Below, one piece after another: positions 50,310 through 61,902 of a stretch of 64,000 bases of DNA; position 1 is the first letter of the stretch; every line of letters begins with the position of its first letter. The stretch spans positions 8,914,191 to 8,978,190 of the forward strand of contig NC_057750.1 of NCBI RefSeq assembly GCF_004010195.1. Direction: 5' to 3'. Below the pieces are notes generated by a model, which did no database searches, had not been told where the DNA came from, and was given only the letters and a program-made list of their open reading frames with translations. The translations under genes were made by a program, and so were the position numbers. The DNA comes from Chiloscyllium plagiosum (lineage: Eukaryota).

Positions 50310-51845
50310 CACAGGTTATTCAGGAACTCCCCACATACGTTCGAGACACCACCCACGCCCTCCACCTCCTCCAAGACTTCCGTTTCCCTGGCCCCCAACG
50401 CCTCATCTTCACCATGGATATCCAATCCCTCTGCACCTCCATCCGCCATGACCAGGGCCTTCAAGCCCTCCATTTTTTCCTCTCCCGACATCCACACAGC
50501 ACCCTTCCACTGACACTCTCATTCGTTTGGCCGAACTGGTCCTCGCCCTTAACAACTTCTCCTTTGTATCCTCCCACTTCCTCCAGACCAAAGGGGTAGC
50601 CATGGGCACCCGTATGGGCCCCAGCTATGCCTGTCTCTTTGTTGGCTACGTAGAACAGTCGATCTTCTGTAATTACACTGGCACCACTCCCCACCTCTTC
50701 CTCCGCTACATTGATGACTGCATTGGCGCCACCTCGTGCTCCCGTGTTGAGCAATTCATCAACTTCACCAACACATTCCACCCTGACCTTAAATTCACCT
50801 GGACCATCTCTGACACCTCCCTCCCCCTCCTGGACNNNNNNNNNNNNNNNNNNNNNNNNNNNNNNNNNNNNNNNNNNNNNNNNNNNNNNNNNNNNNNNNN
50901 NNNNNNNNNNNNNNNNNNNNNNNNNNNNNNNNNNNNNNNNNNNNNNNNNNNNNNNNNNNNNNNNNNNNNNNNNNNNNNNNNNNNNNNNNNNNNNNNNNNN
51001 NNNNNNNNNNNNNNNNNNNNNNNNNNNNNNNNNNNNNNNNNNNNNNNNNNNNNNNNNNNNNNNNNNNNNNNNNNNNNNNNNNNNNNNNNNNNNNNNNNNN
51101 NNNNNNNNNNNNNNNNNNNNNNNNNNNNNNNNNNNNNNNNNNNNNNNNNNNNNNNNNNNNNNNNNNNNNNNNNNNNNNNNNNNNNNNNNNNNNNNNNNNN
51201 NNNNNNNNNNNNNNNNNNNNNNNNNNNNNNNNNNNNNNNNNNNNNNNNNNNNNNNNNNNNNNNNNNNNNNNNNNNNNNNNNNNNNNNNNNNNNNNNNNNN
51301 NNNNNNNNNNNNNNNNNNNNNNNNNNNNNNNNNNNNNNNNNNNNNNNNNNNNNNNNNNNNNNNNNNNNNNNNNNNNNNNNNNNNNNNNNNNNNNNNNNNN
51401 NNNNNNNNNNNNNNNNNNNNNNNNNNNNNNNNNNNNNNNNNNNNNNNNNNNNNNNNNNNNNNNNNNNNNNNNNNNNNNNNNNNNNNNNNNNNNNNNNNNN
51501 NNNNNNNNNNNNNNNNNNNNNNNNNNNNNNNNNNNNNNNNNNNNNNNNNNNNNNNNNNNNNNNNNNNNNNNNNNNNNNNNNNNNNNNNNNNNNNNNNNNN
51601 NNNNNNNNNNNNNNNNNNNNNNNNNNNNNNNNNNNNNNNNNNNNNNNNNNNNNNNNNNNNNNNNNNNNNACCCTCCTCTAGCTTATCGGCCACACTCCAG
51701 GCTCTCTGCCTTTATTCCTGATGAAGGACTTTTGCCCGAAACGTCGATTTTACTGCTCCTTGGATGCTGCCTGAACTGCTGTGCTCTTCCAGCACCACTA
51801 ATCCAGAATCTGGTTTCCAGCATCTGCAGTCATTGTTTTTACCTA
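50310..51845 (+). mobile_element. Penelope-like element: RT core, gap, terminal repeat with hammerhead (51718-51745)
   Basis: VIQELPTYVRDTTHAL, LIFTMDIQSL, LVLALNNFSF..QTKGVAMGTRMGPSYACLF, FLRYIDDC; frameshifted; gap 50836-51669. Confidence 0.92.
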
Positions 51846-52129
51846 GAGAGAGCTGGATATCTATATCTTTGAAAGTGAATGCCTAGAGAGCTACAAAGAT
51901 AGGGTTGGAGAGTGGGACTAACTGGGTAGCTCTTTCAGGAAAATGGCCTGTAAACTTCTATGATTCTATAAGATCATGGCTGATCTTCTATCTTGGTGTC
52001 ATTTTCCCACACTCTCCCCATATCCCTCGATACACCTTTCACAAGTAGATATTTATTCATCCTCATTCAGAATTAAATCAAGTTTCTCTTCACACTGAGG
52101 AATCTTAAGCATCCACCTAACAGGACAAT

Positions 52130-52545
52130 TTTTTTTTATTGTTCCAGGGGATGTGGGTGTAACACCCTGGGCCCAGCATTTATTGTCCATCCCTAATTGC
52201 CCCTTGAGAAGATGAGGGTAAATTGCTGCAGTCCATGTGGTGTAGGGGCACCCACACAGTGCCATGAGGGAGGGAGTTCCAGGAGTTTGACCCAGTGGCG
52301 CTGAAGGAACAGCGATATATTTCCAGGTCAGGATGGGGAGCGGCTTAGAGGAGGGTGGTGTTCCCATGTATCTGCTGCCCTTGTCCTTCTAGATGGAAGT
52401 GGCCGTGGGTTTGGAAGGTGCTGTCTTGGTGAGTTGCTGCAGTGCATCTTGTAGATGGTACACACTGCTGCGACTGAGCGCAAAGTGGATGTGACGCTTT
52501 GTCCTGGATGGCATCGAGCTTCTTGAGTGTTGTTGGAGCTGCAAA
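52130..52545 (-). mobile_element. CR1/L2-group LINE 3' fragment (partner of SINE family B)
   Basis: Reverse complement of the 58740-59275 family. Confidence 0.75.
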
Positions 52546-53389
52546 TTAAGTTCCGTCTGAAAGCCCTTTGACGGTGAAATGGATTCCTTCTGCCCTGTAA
52601 AGGGCTGGCCTGTTATCATCTCAATTCCCATTTATCTACCGCCAGATCCATGTCCCCTCTATCCCCCTTCACAAATCTGTCACATCCCCTCTTCATGAAT
52701 TACTGCCCATTGGAATGTGTCTTCTCCCCCATTCTCTCCTGAGACTCTCTCACTTTTCTGAAACGAGGAGTTTGTGATGTTGACTGGGAGATATTCTGAG
52801 AGGGTCCATAAATCTAAGTGCTCACCACAATGCTATATGGACTAAATGGACTCACAAACTCTTAACATTTGCCTGTACCTATGTTTTTGTTTTTGCTTCT
52901 GTTTACCTATTATTTACTAACTATGCTACTTAGCTCTGGGATCTGCCGCTGTTGCTCGCAAGGCAAAGCTTTTCACTGTGCCTCAGTACACATGACAATA
53001 AATTCAATTCAATTCAATTCTACATCAGCCTTGCTGCTCTGTTGTCTCTTGCTGGTGTTGACGTGACTGGGGGTTGGGTGAGGGTCTGGAATGGCAGGGT
53101 TGGGGGGGGTATCCTTGGGCAGTGAGTTTACATCAGTATCACAAATGCCAGCTGTGACACTTGCCCCTGAGTCCGAATGACATGGACATCCATTTGTTGT
53201 TGAAATCCGATCGATTCACTCATGTCCTGTCGGGAAGGAAATCTGCCGTCCTTCCCTGGTCTGGCATCCATGCGACTCCACACCCATGGCGACACGGTTG
53301 ACTCTTAAACACGGGGAGTGTTGTAGAATCTCAGCAGGTCATAAGGACTAAGCTGGAGTTCAGACTCTTCAGGCTGGTCCTGCAGTTAG

Positions 53390-54400
53390 GTTGACCACCA
53401 TGACTGGCCTCATCTCAGCTTCAACTCCATTTCCCTCCCTGCTCCCTATAACCCTTCAACCCATTACTAATTAAAAACTAGTACTAATCTCTATATCTCC
53501 TCCTTAAATTACTAATCTCTATATCTCCTCCTTAAATTTATTCAGTGTCCCAACATCCATCACAACCTGGCTCAAACATTGAGAAAAGTAATTCCTCCTT
53601 ATCTCTGTTTCTAATCTTTTGCTAAAACTGTGATCTCTTGTTCTAGACTGTCCTCCTAAGAGGAAATATCCTCCCTATGTCTGATTTGTCAATCCCCTTT
53701 AGCATCTTATAGACCTCAATTAGATCTCCTCTCATTTTTTAAACTCTAGCAAGTCAAAACCTAAACGCCTCAATCTCTACCCATCAGACAAGCGTTTTAT
53801 CTCTGGATTTAATCTGATGAATCTTCTCTGCACTGTCTCCGTTGCAATTATATCTTTCCGCTAAGGAGTACACAATACTCCAAATTTGGTCTCACAAATG
53901 CCTTGTACAGTTGCACCTTCCTACATTAATATTCCAGTGCAGTGAAAGTTTCCCAGGTTGATTCTGGGCATGGTGTGACTGATGGATGAGGAGACATTGA
54001 CCAGGTTAGGATTGTTTTCACCGGAGTTCCACTGAATGAGGGAGGTGGGATCTCATAGAGACTTATAAACATAACTAGACAGGGTAGATACAGAGAGGAT
54101 GTTGGGTTTGTCCAGAACCAAGGGTCACAGTCTGAGGATTCGGGATGAACGATTTAGGACAGGGATGAGGAGACATTTGTTCACCCAAAGAATGGTGAGC
54201 CTGTGGGATTCAATACCACAGGAAGTAGCTGATGCCAAAACATTGAATGTATTCAAGAGGCAGTTAGATACAGCACTTGGGATCAAAGGTTATGGGGAGA
54301 AAGAAAGATTAGTTGGATGGTCAGCCATGATCGTGATGAATGGTGGAGCAGGCTCAAAGGGCAGAATGGCCTCCTCCTGCTCCTATCTTCTATGTTTCTG
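53390..54400. mobile_element. Two older CR1 fragments in opposite orientation (53390-53930 minus, 53950-54400 plus)
   Basis: SRTKGHSLRIRDERFRTGMRRHLFTQRMVSLWDSIP. Confidence 0.75.
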
Positions 54401-54429
54401 TAAATACCAATGTCCTTTTGTCTCTCCTT

Positions 54430-55070
54430 ATTCATTCATTCATCATCAGTGGTCCCTCGCAGTCGAGGATGACTCTCTCAGGGTGAGTCTACAGGTGGCT
54501 GTACAAACCGATGGGCCTACCGCAGGCCCTGTTACACTGGGGCAGGAGGTGGTCATGGGAAGGGGGTGGGCGGGGCGTTGGTGAGGCAGCGTGCTCCTTT
54601 CGCCCGGCTTCCGCTTTTTCCCGACGTTGAGTCTCCAGGTGCTCCACGCCTTCCCGGATGCCCCTCCTCCACTGTGGACGGTCTCGGCCCAGTGATTCCC
54701 AGGTGTCTGTGGGAAGGCCGCACTCGGCCCAGTGAGGCCTTGAGGGTATCCCTGAGGTGCTCCCTCTGTCCCACCTGGGGCTGGCCTGCCGTTTGAGAGC
54801 TGGGAGTAGAGCACCCGCTGGGCGAGTCTCGTGTTGGTCATGGGGACGGCGTGCCCAGCCCAAGCAGCCGATCGAGGTGGGGGGAGGGAGGTCAGTGCCT
54901 CGATGCTGGGCCTGGTAGTGGAGGCTGCTGTTGGTGTGTCTGTTTTTCCCAGCAGATTCACAGGATTTTGTGCAGACAGCGTTGGTGGGACTGCCCCTTA
55001 TTAGCCGCAGTAGGTTTGGTGGTATCATGGAGAGGGAGTTACAGAGCGATTCAGCACAATTCTTCTTCAT
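54430..55070 (-). mobile_element. RTE-clade LINE 3' fragment
   Basis: WAGHAVPMTNTRLAQRVLYSQLSNGR..PGG, TWESLGRDRPQWRRGIREG; (tga/tgaa)n tail. Confidence 0.85.
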
Positions 55071-55189
55071 TGATTCTTAATTGCCCTCAGGGAAATGATA
55101 GATGAACAATAAACGGCTGCCCGGGCCCCATGGACAAATAATGAAACTATACAGTAGCCAGCCTGCATAGCATGGTTCCTAAACCAAGC

Positions 55190-55520
55190 TCCGAAAGGGT
55201 TAATCTGTTTATTTAAGTTTCCTTTTTCTCCCCTCATGTAAGAGGTGATTCACTTTGACTGGTTTTTGGCTGGGAGTGTGGCTGTCAGGGTGCCAAAGAG
55301 GCAGATTTTTCTAGTGTTGCTATTCAATGCTGCGTAGCCTCTGATTTCGTGTGTCTCTGGGTAAACAGATCACACTGGGAGACGGTAATGAGTGCCTCCA
55401 GCTCTTACAGCTCATTAAGTGGCGTGCACCAGTCTGCCCATGGAGCCAATCAGTGACGGCGGCTTCAACAATGCACCCGTCGGCGCGCTGACTCTCCCCG
55501 CTCCGACCCGACATCAGTCT
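55190..55520. promoter_or_regulatory. Unique CpG-containing island with CCAAT box; candidate promoter or enhancer
   Basis: agccaatcag next to tgacg (about 55444-55458), tgtttattta and ggtaaaca forkhead-like motifs, local CpG enrichment. Confidence 0.3.
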
Positions 55521-56585
55521 CGGCAAAAATGGGCAGCACGCCTGGTCTCCTTGTGCCTCCTCTCGTCCTGGAAGGTGTTTACCTTTGGACCACAGAATCC
55601 GCACAGAAAGAGAGAGAGAGACAGAATAAACTAATCTTCGTTTATCAACAGAGCCTTGAGATACCCCCAAGGCGGTTCCCAGTGGATGCACCGGCTCCCG
55701 TGCACAGCAAGATCCCACAGATGCCAACCCAGGTCCATTGACTGCAATTGGATGGCTATAGGAATGGGAATGGTTTAGAGGGATATGGGCCAAGTGCTGG
55801 CAAATAGGATTAGATTCTTTTAGGATATCTGGTTGGCATGGACGAGTTGGGCCGAAGGGTCAGTTTCTGTGCTGTGCATCTCTCTGACTCTACCAACAAG
55901 TGGCTAAGCGGTCAAAATGGGGGATGGGTGGGATGCTCTTCGGAGGGTCCGTGCAGACTCAATGGGCCAAACAGCCTCTATTCGCACGGTAGGGATTCTA
56001 TGATTCTAAAATGCGCCTCATCTATGTATTTCAGGAAAGGTGCTACATCAATGCAGGTCCTTCCTCTGGCGCTGGCCTCTGAAAGCAGGAGCAACAACAA
56101 CTTGCACTAGGCAGTGGCTTCGCACGGGGCTTAAGGAGGCACCGTTTCACACATCAGTGGGAGAGGGGACCCAGACTGTAAGGGGCTCTAAGGAGTGTCG
56201 CAGAGATGGAGAGGGAATTCCAGAGCCTTGGAATTCGGTAACCTATAGCCCCAGAACTGGAGGTGAGCAACTTTCGGAGCAAACACAGTGATCTCAGATG
56301 GCTGTGAGATCATGAGGAGGCCCCGGGAGTTTGAGATGGGAATTTTGAAAGGGGAGTATTTCCATCCTGGGAGTCAGAGTAGGTTGGCAGGTACACGGGC
56401 AAAAGCAGGGAACAGGACAAGATGAGTTCAGGCAAGGGTCGCAAAGCTCTAGATGGACTAATGTTTGCAAATTGGGCAAGGCCACTGTTTAAACCTTAAA
56501 CCAGAGACTCCACTGAGGTAGCATTCCCACACTATTGCCCTGAATTCTCTCCCTTAAACACTCTCAGAAATCTCTAATCTCTCGT

Positions 56586-56865
56586 ATTAGATTAGATTAG
56601 ATTAGATTCCCTACAATATGGAAACAGACCCTTCGGCCCAACAAGTCCACACCGACCCTCAAAGGGTTACCCCTGACTAATGCATCCAATTTAGCACGGC
56701 CAATTCACCTGACCTGCACATCTTTGGATTGTGGGAGGAAACCCACGCAGACACGGGGAGAATGTGCAAACTCCACACACAGACAGTCACCTGACGTGGG
56801 AATCGAACCGGTGTCCCTGGTGCTGTGAGGCAGCAGTGCTAACCACTGAGCCACCGTGCCACCCC
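56586..56865 (-). mobile_element. HE1 V-SINE immediately downstream of the tRNA-like gene
   Basis: Head ggggtggcacggtggctcagtggttagc, V-domain, (tctaa)n tail. Confidence 0.9.
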
Positions 56866-56878
56866 TAAACGCGATTTG

Positions 56879-56968
56879 GGGCTCATCCAAGATTTGAACT
56901 TGGGGCTGCTCGCAAGTCTGCACAGTAGAAGATCCTAAGCGAGAGTCGCACCACTAGACCAACGAACC
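56879..56968 (-). tRNA. tRNA-Pro(AGG)-like gene or pseudogene with an 18-nt intron-like insertion at position 37/38
   Basis: GGTTCGT TG GTC TAGTGGTGC GAC T CTCGC TT AGG A [TCTTCTACTGTGCAGACT] T GCGAG CAGCC CCAAG TTCAAAT CTTGG ATGAGCC C; all four stems pair. Confidence 0.75.
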
Positions 56969-57919
56969 ACATATTATCGCTGGAGCTGCACACGCTCCCA
57001 TCCGAGGTCTCTCTCTCTCATCCCAGGACATCAAGGGGTTAGATAAATTCGCACGCAATCCAGGGAATGTCGAAGGGTAAGGGACGAGAATGATTCAGAT
57101 TTTTGGAGATTTCGAAAAGAATCAATAAGATATAGCATTGGAACAAACCCTAGACCCAGTTAATTTGCAGGAGGAGGCCATTCTGCCCATCCCCTCAGTG
57201 TTGGCAATCTGCTGGAGCAACCCACAGAGGCCCTCCACAGATTCCCCTTCCCATCATCCTCCACCAATTCTCCCTCACCCTGCACATCATTTCTCTCCGG
57301 ATAACGATCTAATTTTTGTTTTGAAAGTCTTGACAAAATCTGGCTCCACCACACTGAGAGGCAGCACATTCCAGATGGTAATCGCTCGCTCCGCACCTCC
57401 TGTCACTCTTGTTTCTTTCGCCAATCACCTCGAACCGGTACCCTCTAGTTTTTGACACTCTCACCAACAGGAGGTGTGGTTTTTCCCTGATCTGTCCACC
57501 TAGGCCCCTGTCAGTTTGGAACCCTTTGATCAAATCTCCCCTTCTCTGAGGACACCAGCCTCTCTATTCTGTTGACATCACCGATGTTCCTCATCCCTGG
57601 AATCGCTCGCGTGGGCCTCTCTCATGCCTTCATGGGTAAAAACGTAGAGAGGAATGTTTTATACCTGACGGCGAGTCCAGAAGAAGAGCTCAGAGTTTTA
57701 AAATCAAAGTGTGTAGACGTTTGATGAAGATAGCGTCATAGAGTTGTAGTGCCTTAGAGATGTACAGCACGGAAACAGACCCTTCTGTCGAACTCATCCA
57801 TGCTGACCAGATATCCTAAATTGATCCAGTCCCATTCACCATATTTTGAAGCAGAGCAGGGAGAGTGCCTCTCGGTTTGGGGGGGTTGGGGGCGTTGAAG
57901 AGGGAGCTGATGCTGGGAG

Positions 57920-58520
57920 GATTATGTATAGGAGTTGGGAGGTTATGTTGCAGCTGTACAGGACATTGGTTAGACCACTGTTGGAATATTGCATGCAATT
58001 CTGGTCTCCCTCCTATAGGAAGGATGTTGTGAACCTTGAAAGGGTTCAGAAAAGATTGACAGGGATGTTGCCAGGGTTGGAGGGTTTGAGCTACAGGGAG
58101 AGGCTGAACAGGCTGGGGCTGTTTTCCCTGGAGCATCGGAGGCTGAGGGGTGACCTTACAGAGGTTTATAAAATCATGAGGGGCATAGATAGGATAAGTA
58201 GACAAAGTCTCTTCCTGGGGGTGGGGGAGTCCAGAACTAGAGGGCATAGGTTCAAGATGAGAGAGGAAAGATTTAAAGGGACCTAAAGGGCAATTCTTTG
58301 ATGCAGAGGGTGGTATGTGTATGAAATGAGCTGCCAGAGGAAGTGGTGGAGGCTGGTACAATTAGAGCATTTAAAAGGCATCTGGATGGGTATATGAATA
58401 GGAAGGGTTTGGAGGGATATGGGCCAAGTGCTGGCAACCCAGATTAGGTTAGGATATCTGGTCAGCATGGACGAGTTTGGCTGTCGGATCTGTTTCCACA
58501 CTGTACATCTCTATAACTCG
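57920..58520 (+). mobile_element. CR1 LINE 3' fragment
   Basis: YRSWEVMLQLYRTLVRPLLEYCMQFWSPSYRKDVVNLERVQKR. Confidence 0.9.
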
Positions 58521-58739
58521 ATGTGATGAAATGTCCTGGAATGCATCCAATTTGAATTGGCAACCCAAGGTTGGGACTATGGTTGGGTTGAAGGGTCTGT
58601 TTCTGTGCAATATGACTCAATGACCGAGCAGGGGTTACAGTCCGGGACCTCAACCTTTGACACTGACAGCAAGTAATAGAAAAATGGTCCGTTCCTTATT
58701 GGGTGCATTCTATATCTTATCCAGCACAAAGCCTCACCC

Positions 58740-59275
58740 TCCAGCTCGTCCAATACAGTGTTTTGTTCATTGTCAGGAGTGTGAGGGAATACTCCCCACT
58801 TGCCCTGGATGGGGGCAGCTCCAACAACACTCAAGAAGCTCAACACCATCCAGGACAAAGCAGCCCTCGCTTGATTGTGATCACATCCATAAGCATCCAC
58901 TCCCTCCACCCCTGACGCTCAGTAGCAGCAGTGTGTACCATCTACAAGATGTGCTGCAGAAATTTCCCAAAGTTCCTCAGACAGCACCTTCCAAATCCAC
59001 GACCACTTCCATCTAGAAGGACAAGGGCAGCAGATACATTGGAACCCCACTCCGTGAAAGTTCGCCTCCACTCCCCATCCTGACTTGGAAATATACCACT
59101 GCTCCTTCAGTGTCTCTGGGTCAGAATCCTGGAATTCCCTCCCTCAGGGCATTGTGGGTCAACCCACAGCACACGGACTGCAGCGGTTCCAGAAGGCAGC
59201 TCACCCCCACCTTCTCAAGGGGGTAACTAGGGACGGGGCCAGCCAGCGGCTCCCACATCCCACAAATGAATAAAC
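58740..59275 (+). mobile_element. CR1/L2-group LINE 3' end (partner of SINE family B)
   Basis: VRSVREYSPLA, then GAAPTTLKKLNTIQDKA in a shifted frame; tail cccacatcccacaaatgaataaa. Confidence 0.75.
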
Positions 59276-59544
59276 AAAAGATTAAAACAATAGAGCAAGG
59301 GATTCAATTTATCCCGAATGGTGATTCCTGATGAAGGCCTGAAACGTCGATTCTCCTGCTCCTCAGATAATGCCTAGTCTGTCTAGATGTTATGAAATAT
59401 AGGGAATTTTTTTTTGATGAAACAAAGGTCATTTAGCTCAATAAATACCTATTCCCTTATAAAAGGGTTAACACCATCTCTGTTCTCTCATTCTATTGTC
59501 TGTTCAATGTATAATGCAGTGATTGGCACCATTTACCTTCCAAG

Positions 59545-60100
59545 TGGTAAGGCAACTTTTGGAATACTGCGTTCAATACTGGTCTCCCTGCTATAGGAAG
59601 GATGTTGTGAAACTTGAAAGGGTGCAGAAAAAGATTTACAAAGATGTTGCCAGCGTTGGAGTGTTTGAGCTAGAGTAGGAAGCTGAACAGGCTGGGGCTG
59701 TTTTCCCTGGAGCATCGAAGGCTGAGGGGTGACCTTATAGAGGTTTATAAAATCATGAGGGGCATGGATTGGGTGAATAGACAAGGGCTTCTTCCTTGGG
59801 GTAGGGGAGTCCAGAACTAAAGGGCAGAGGTTAGGGTGAGAGGGGAAATATTTAAAAGGGACTTCAGGGGCAACATTTTCATACCAAGGGTGGTGCGTGT
59901 ATGGAATAAGCTGCCAGAGGAAGTGGTGGAGGCTGGTTCAATGACAAAATTTAAAAGGCATCTGGATAGGTATATGAATAGGAAGGGTTTAGACGGATAT
60001 GGGCCAAGTGCTGGCAGGTGGGACTAGATTAGGTTGGGATATCTGGTCGGCATGGACGAGTTGGGCTGAAGGGTCTGTTTCCGTGCTGTACATCTCAATG
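59545..60100 (+). mobile_element. CR1 LINE 3' fragment
   Basis: RGEIFKRDFRGNIFIPRVVRVWNKLPEEVVEAG. Confidence 0.88.
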
Positions 60101-60974
60101 ACTTCTCCATGCTGACCAGATATCCTAAACTGATCGAGTCCCATTTGTCAGCTCTTGACCCACATCTCTGTAACCCCTTCCTATCCATATACCCAGATGA
60201 GGATGGAAGAATTCCCTCCTTAAAAGACATTCGCTTTACAATAATGGTTACACATTCACCCGGATGTGAGCCATCTTCCTTGTTGGGATTTGAACCCATG
60301 GCCCCCAGTGTGCTTGGAGGGGGGTACCTTGATTTGGCGAGAAGGCTGCTATGTAAATGCAAGTCATGCTTGAAGGTGAAACTGGAGGGAATGATTGCCA
60401 TAAGTTCCTGATTGGGAAATAAGGAAGAATAACAGAGCTGTGGGATCGTACTCTGTCTATCTGACAGTAACTATCACCACACTGTTCGTTGACACCCTCT
60501 CTTTAACCGGGCCATTAATTATAATCGCTCTCTGTGTTTTTGAAGGAAATAAGGTATCGTTGCCAAAGTCTAATGATGGCTTTCCTGAGGCAACGGGATT
60601 AACATAATGAGGTTAATGAGCTGCTGGATTACTGTATTGACAGTGTCTGCTCTGTGCTCGGAGCCTCTACCTGAGTCAGTGCGTCTGTCCCTTTCTCTCT
60701 AGAGAGACGCTGACTCTCACTGGAGTTGAGCTTCCATCAATGCCCCCACCCCGTGGTGACCTTGCAGTGGTGAACTCAAGAGCAGACTCCTCACTGATCC
60801 CAAACCTCCTGCTCTCCGTAACCCTGGGGAAACGATAAGCTGCACTTCTGTAGCGCCTTTCTCCGCCGCAGGGATGCCCTGAAACTTCTTGAAGCAGCGT
60901 AGGACAGAGCTGAGAGGGAGACGCGGTTCCCCGGGATAGAAGGGGTGACGGTGTTGTGGTGGGTGTGTTACCAG

Positions 60975-61165
60975 GCCTGGCAGGTTAGCTCAGTTGGCTG
61001 GACGCCGATGCAGAGTGACCCCAACAGTGTGGGTTCGATTCCTGTACTGGCTGCAGTTGCCATGATAGTCCCACCTTGCATCCTTCCCCCCGAGGTGTGG
61101 TGACCCTGAGACTAAGGCTACCTCTGGTCATCTCTCTCCAAAGCGAGAACCTGTGGTGACTATTA
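60975..61165 (+). mobile_element. tRNA-derived SINE, family C
   Basis: tagctcagttgg A box and gggttcgattcc B box; similar to 44285-44540. Confidence 0.65.
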
Positions 61166-61239
61166 CTACTCGACTGGTAATCGAGAGGATGTGGGGGGAA
61201 ACATGAATTCAAACCCCACTTCAGTAGCGACTGGAATTT

Positions 61240-61776
61240 AGATTAGATTGTAGATAAGATTCCCTACAGTGTGGAAACAGGCCCTTCGCCCAACAAGTCC
61301 ACACTGACCACCAATGAATAATGAATAAATCTGGAATTAAAAGCTAGTCTCGGTGATGATGGCCAGGACCCTCCTACTCTAGCTCAAACTCCAACCCTGG
61401 CAACATCTTTGTAAATCTTTTTCTGAACCCTTTCAAGTTTCACAACATCCTTCCTATAGCAGGGAGACCAGTATTGAACGCAGTATTCCAAAAGTGGCCT
61501 TACCACTTGGAAGGTAAATGGTGCCAATCACTGCATTATACATAGGGACAATTTAGCATGGCCAATTCACCTAACCTGCACATCTTTGGACTGTGGGAGG
61601 AAACCGGAGCAAACCCACCCAGACACGGGGAGAATGTGCAAACTCCACACAGTCAGTTAGCAAACCCACCCAGACACGGGGAGAATGTGCAAACTCCACA
61701 CAGTCAGTTGCCCAAGGCGGGAATTGAACCCGGGTCTCTGGCGCTGTGAGGCAGCAGTGCTAACCACTGAGCCACC
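61240..61776 (-). mobile_element. HE1 V-SINE carrying a templated insertion and a 51-bp tandem duplication
   Basis: HE1 tail 61240-61307 and body 61545-61776; duplicated unit at 61608-61658 and 61659-61709. Confidence 0.8.
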
Positions 61777-61902
61777 AATGAATAATGAATAAATCTGGAA
61801 TTAAAAGCTAGTCTCGGTGATGATGGCCAGGACCAACTGTCATTGTTTGTTGTAAGGTGTTGGGCCGAATGGTATTATTGCTGGACTGTTAATCTGGAGA
61901 TA

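Noticed and set aside
53482..53539. 29-bp tandem duplication
   Set aside because: Simple slippage inside a CR1 remnant with no sign of function.
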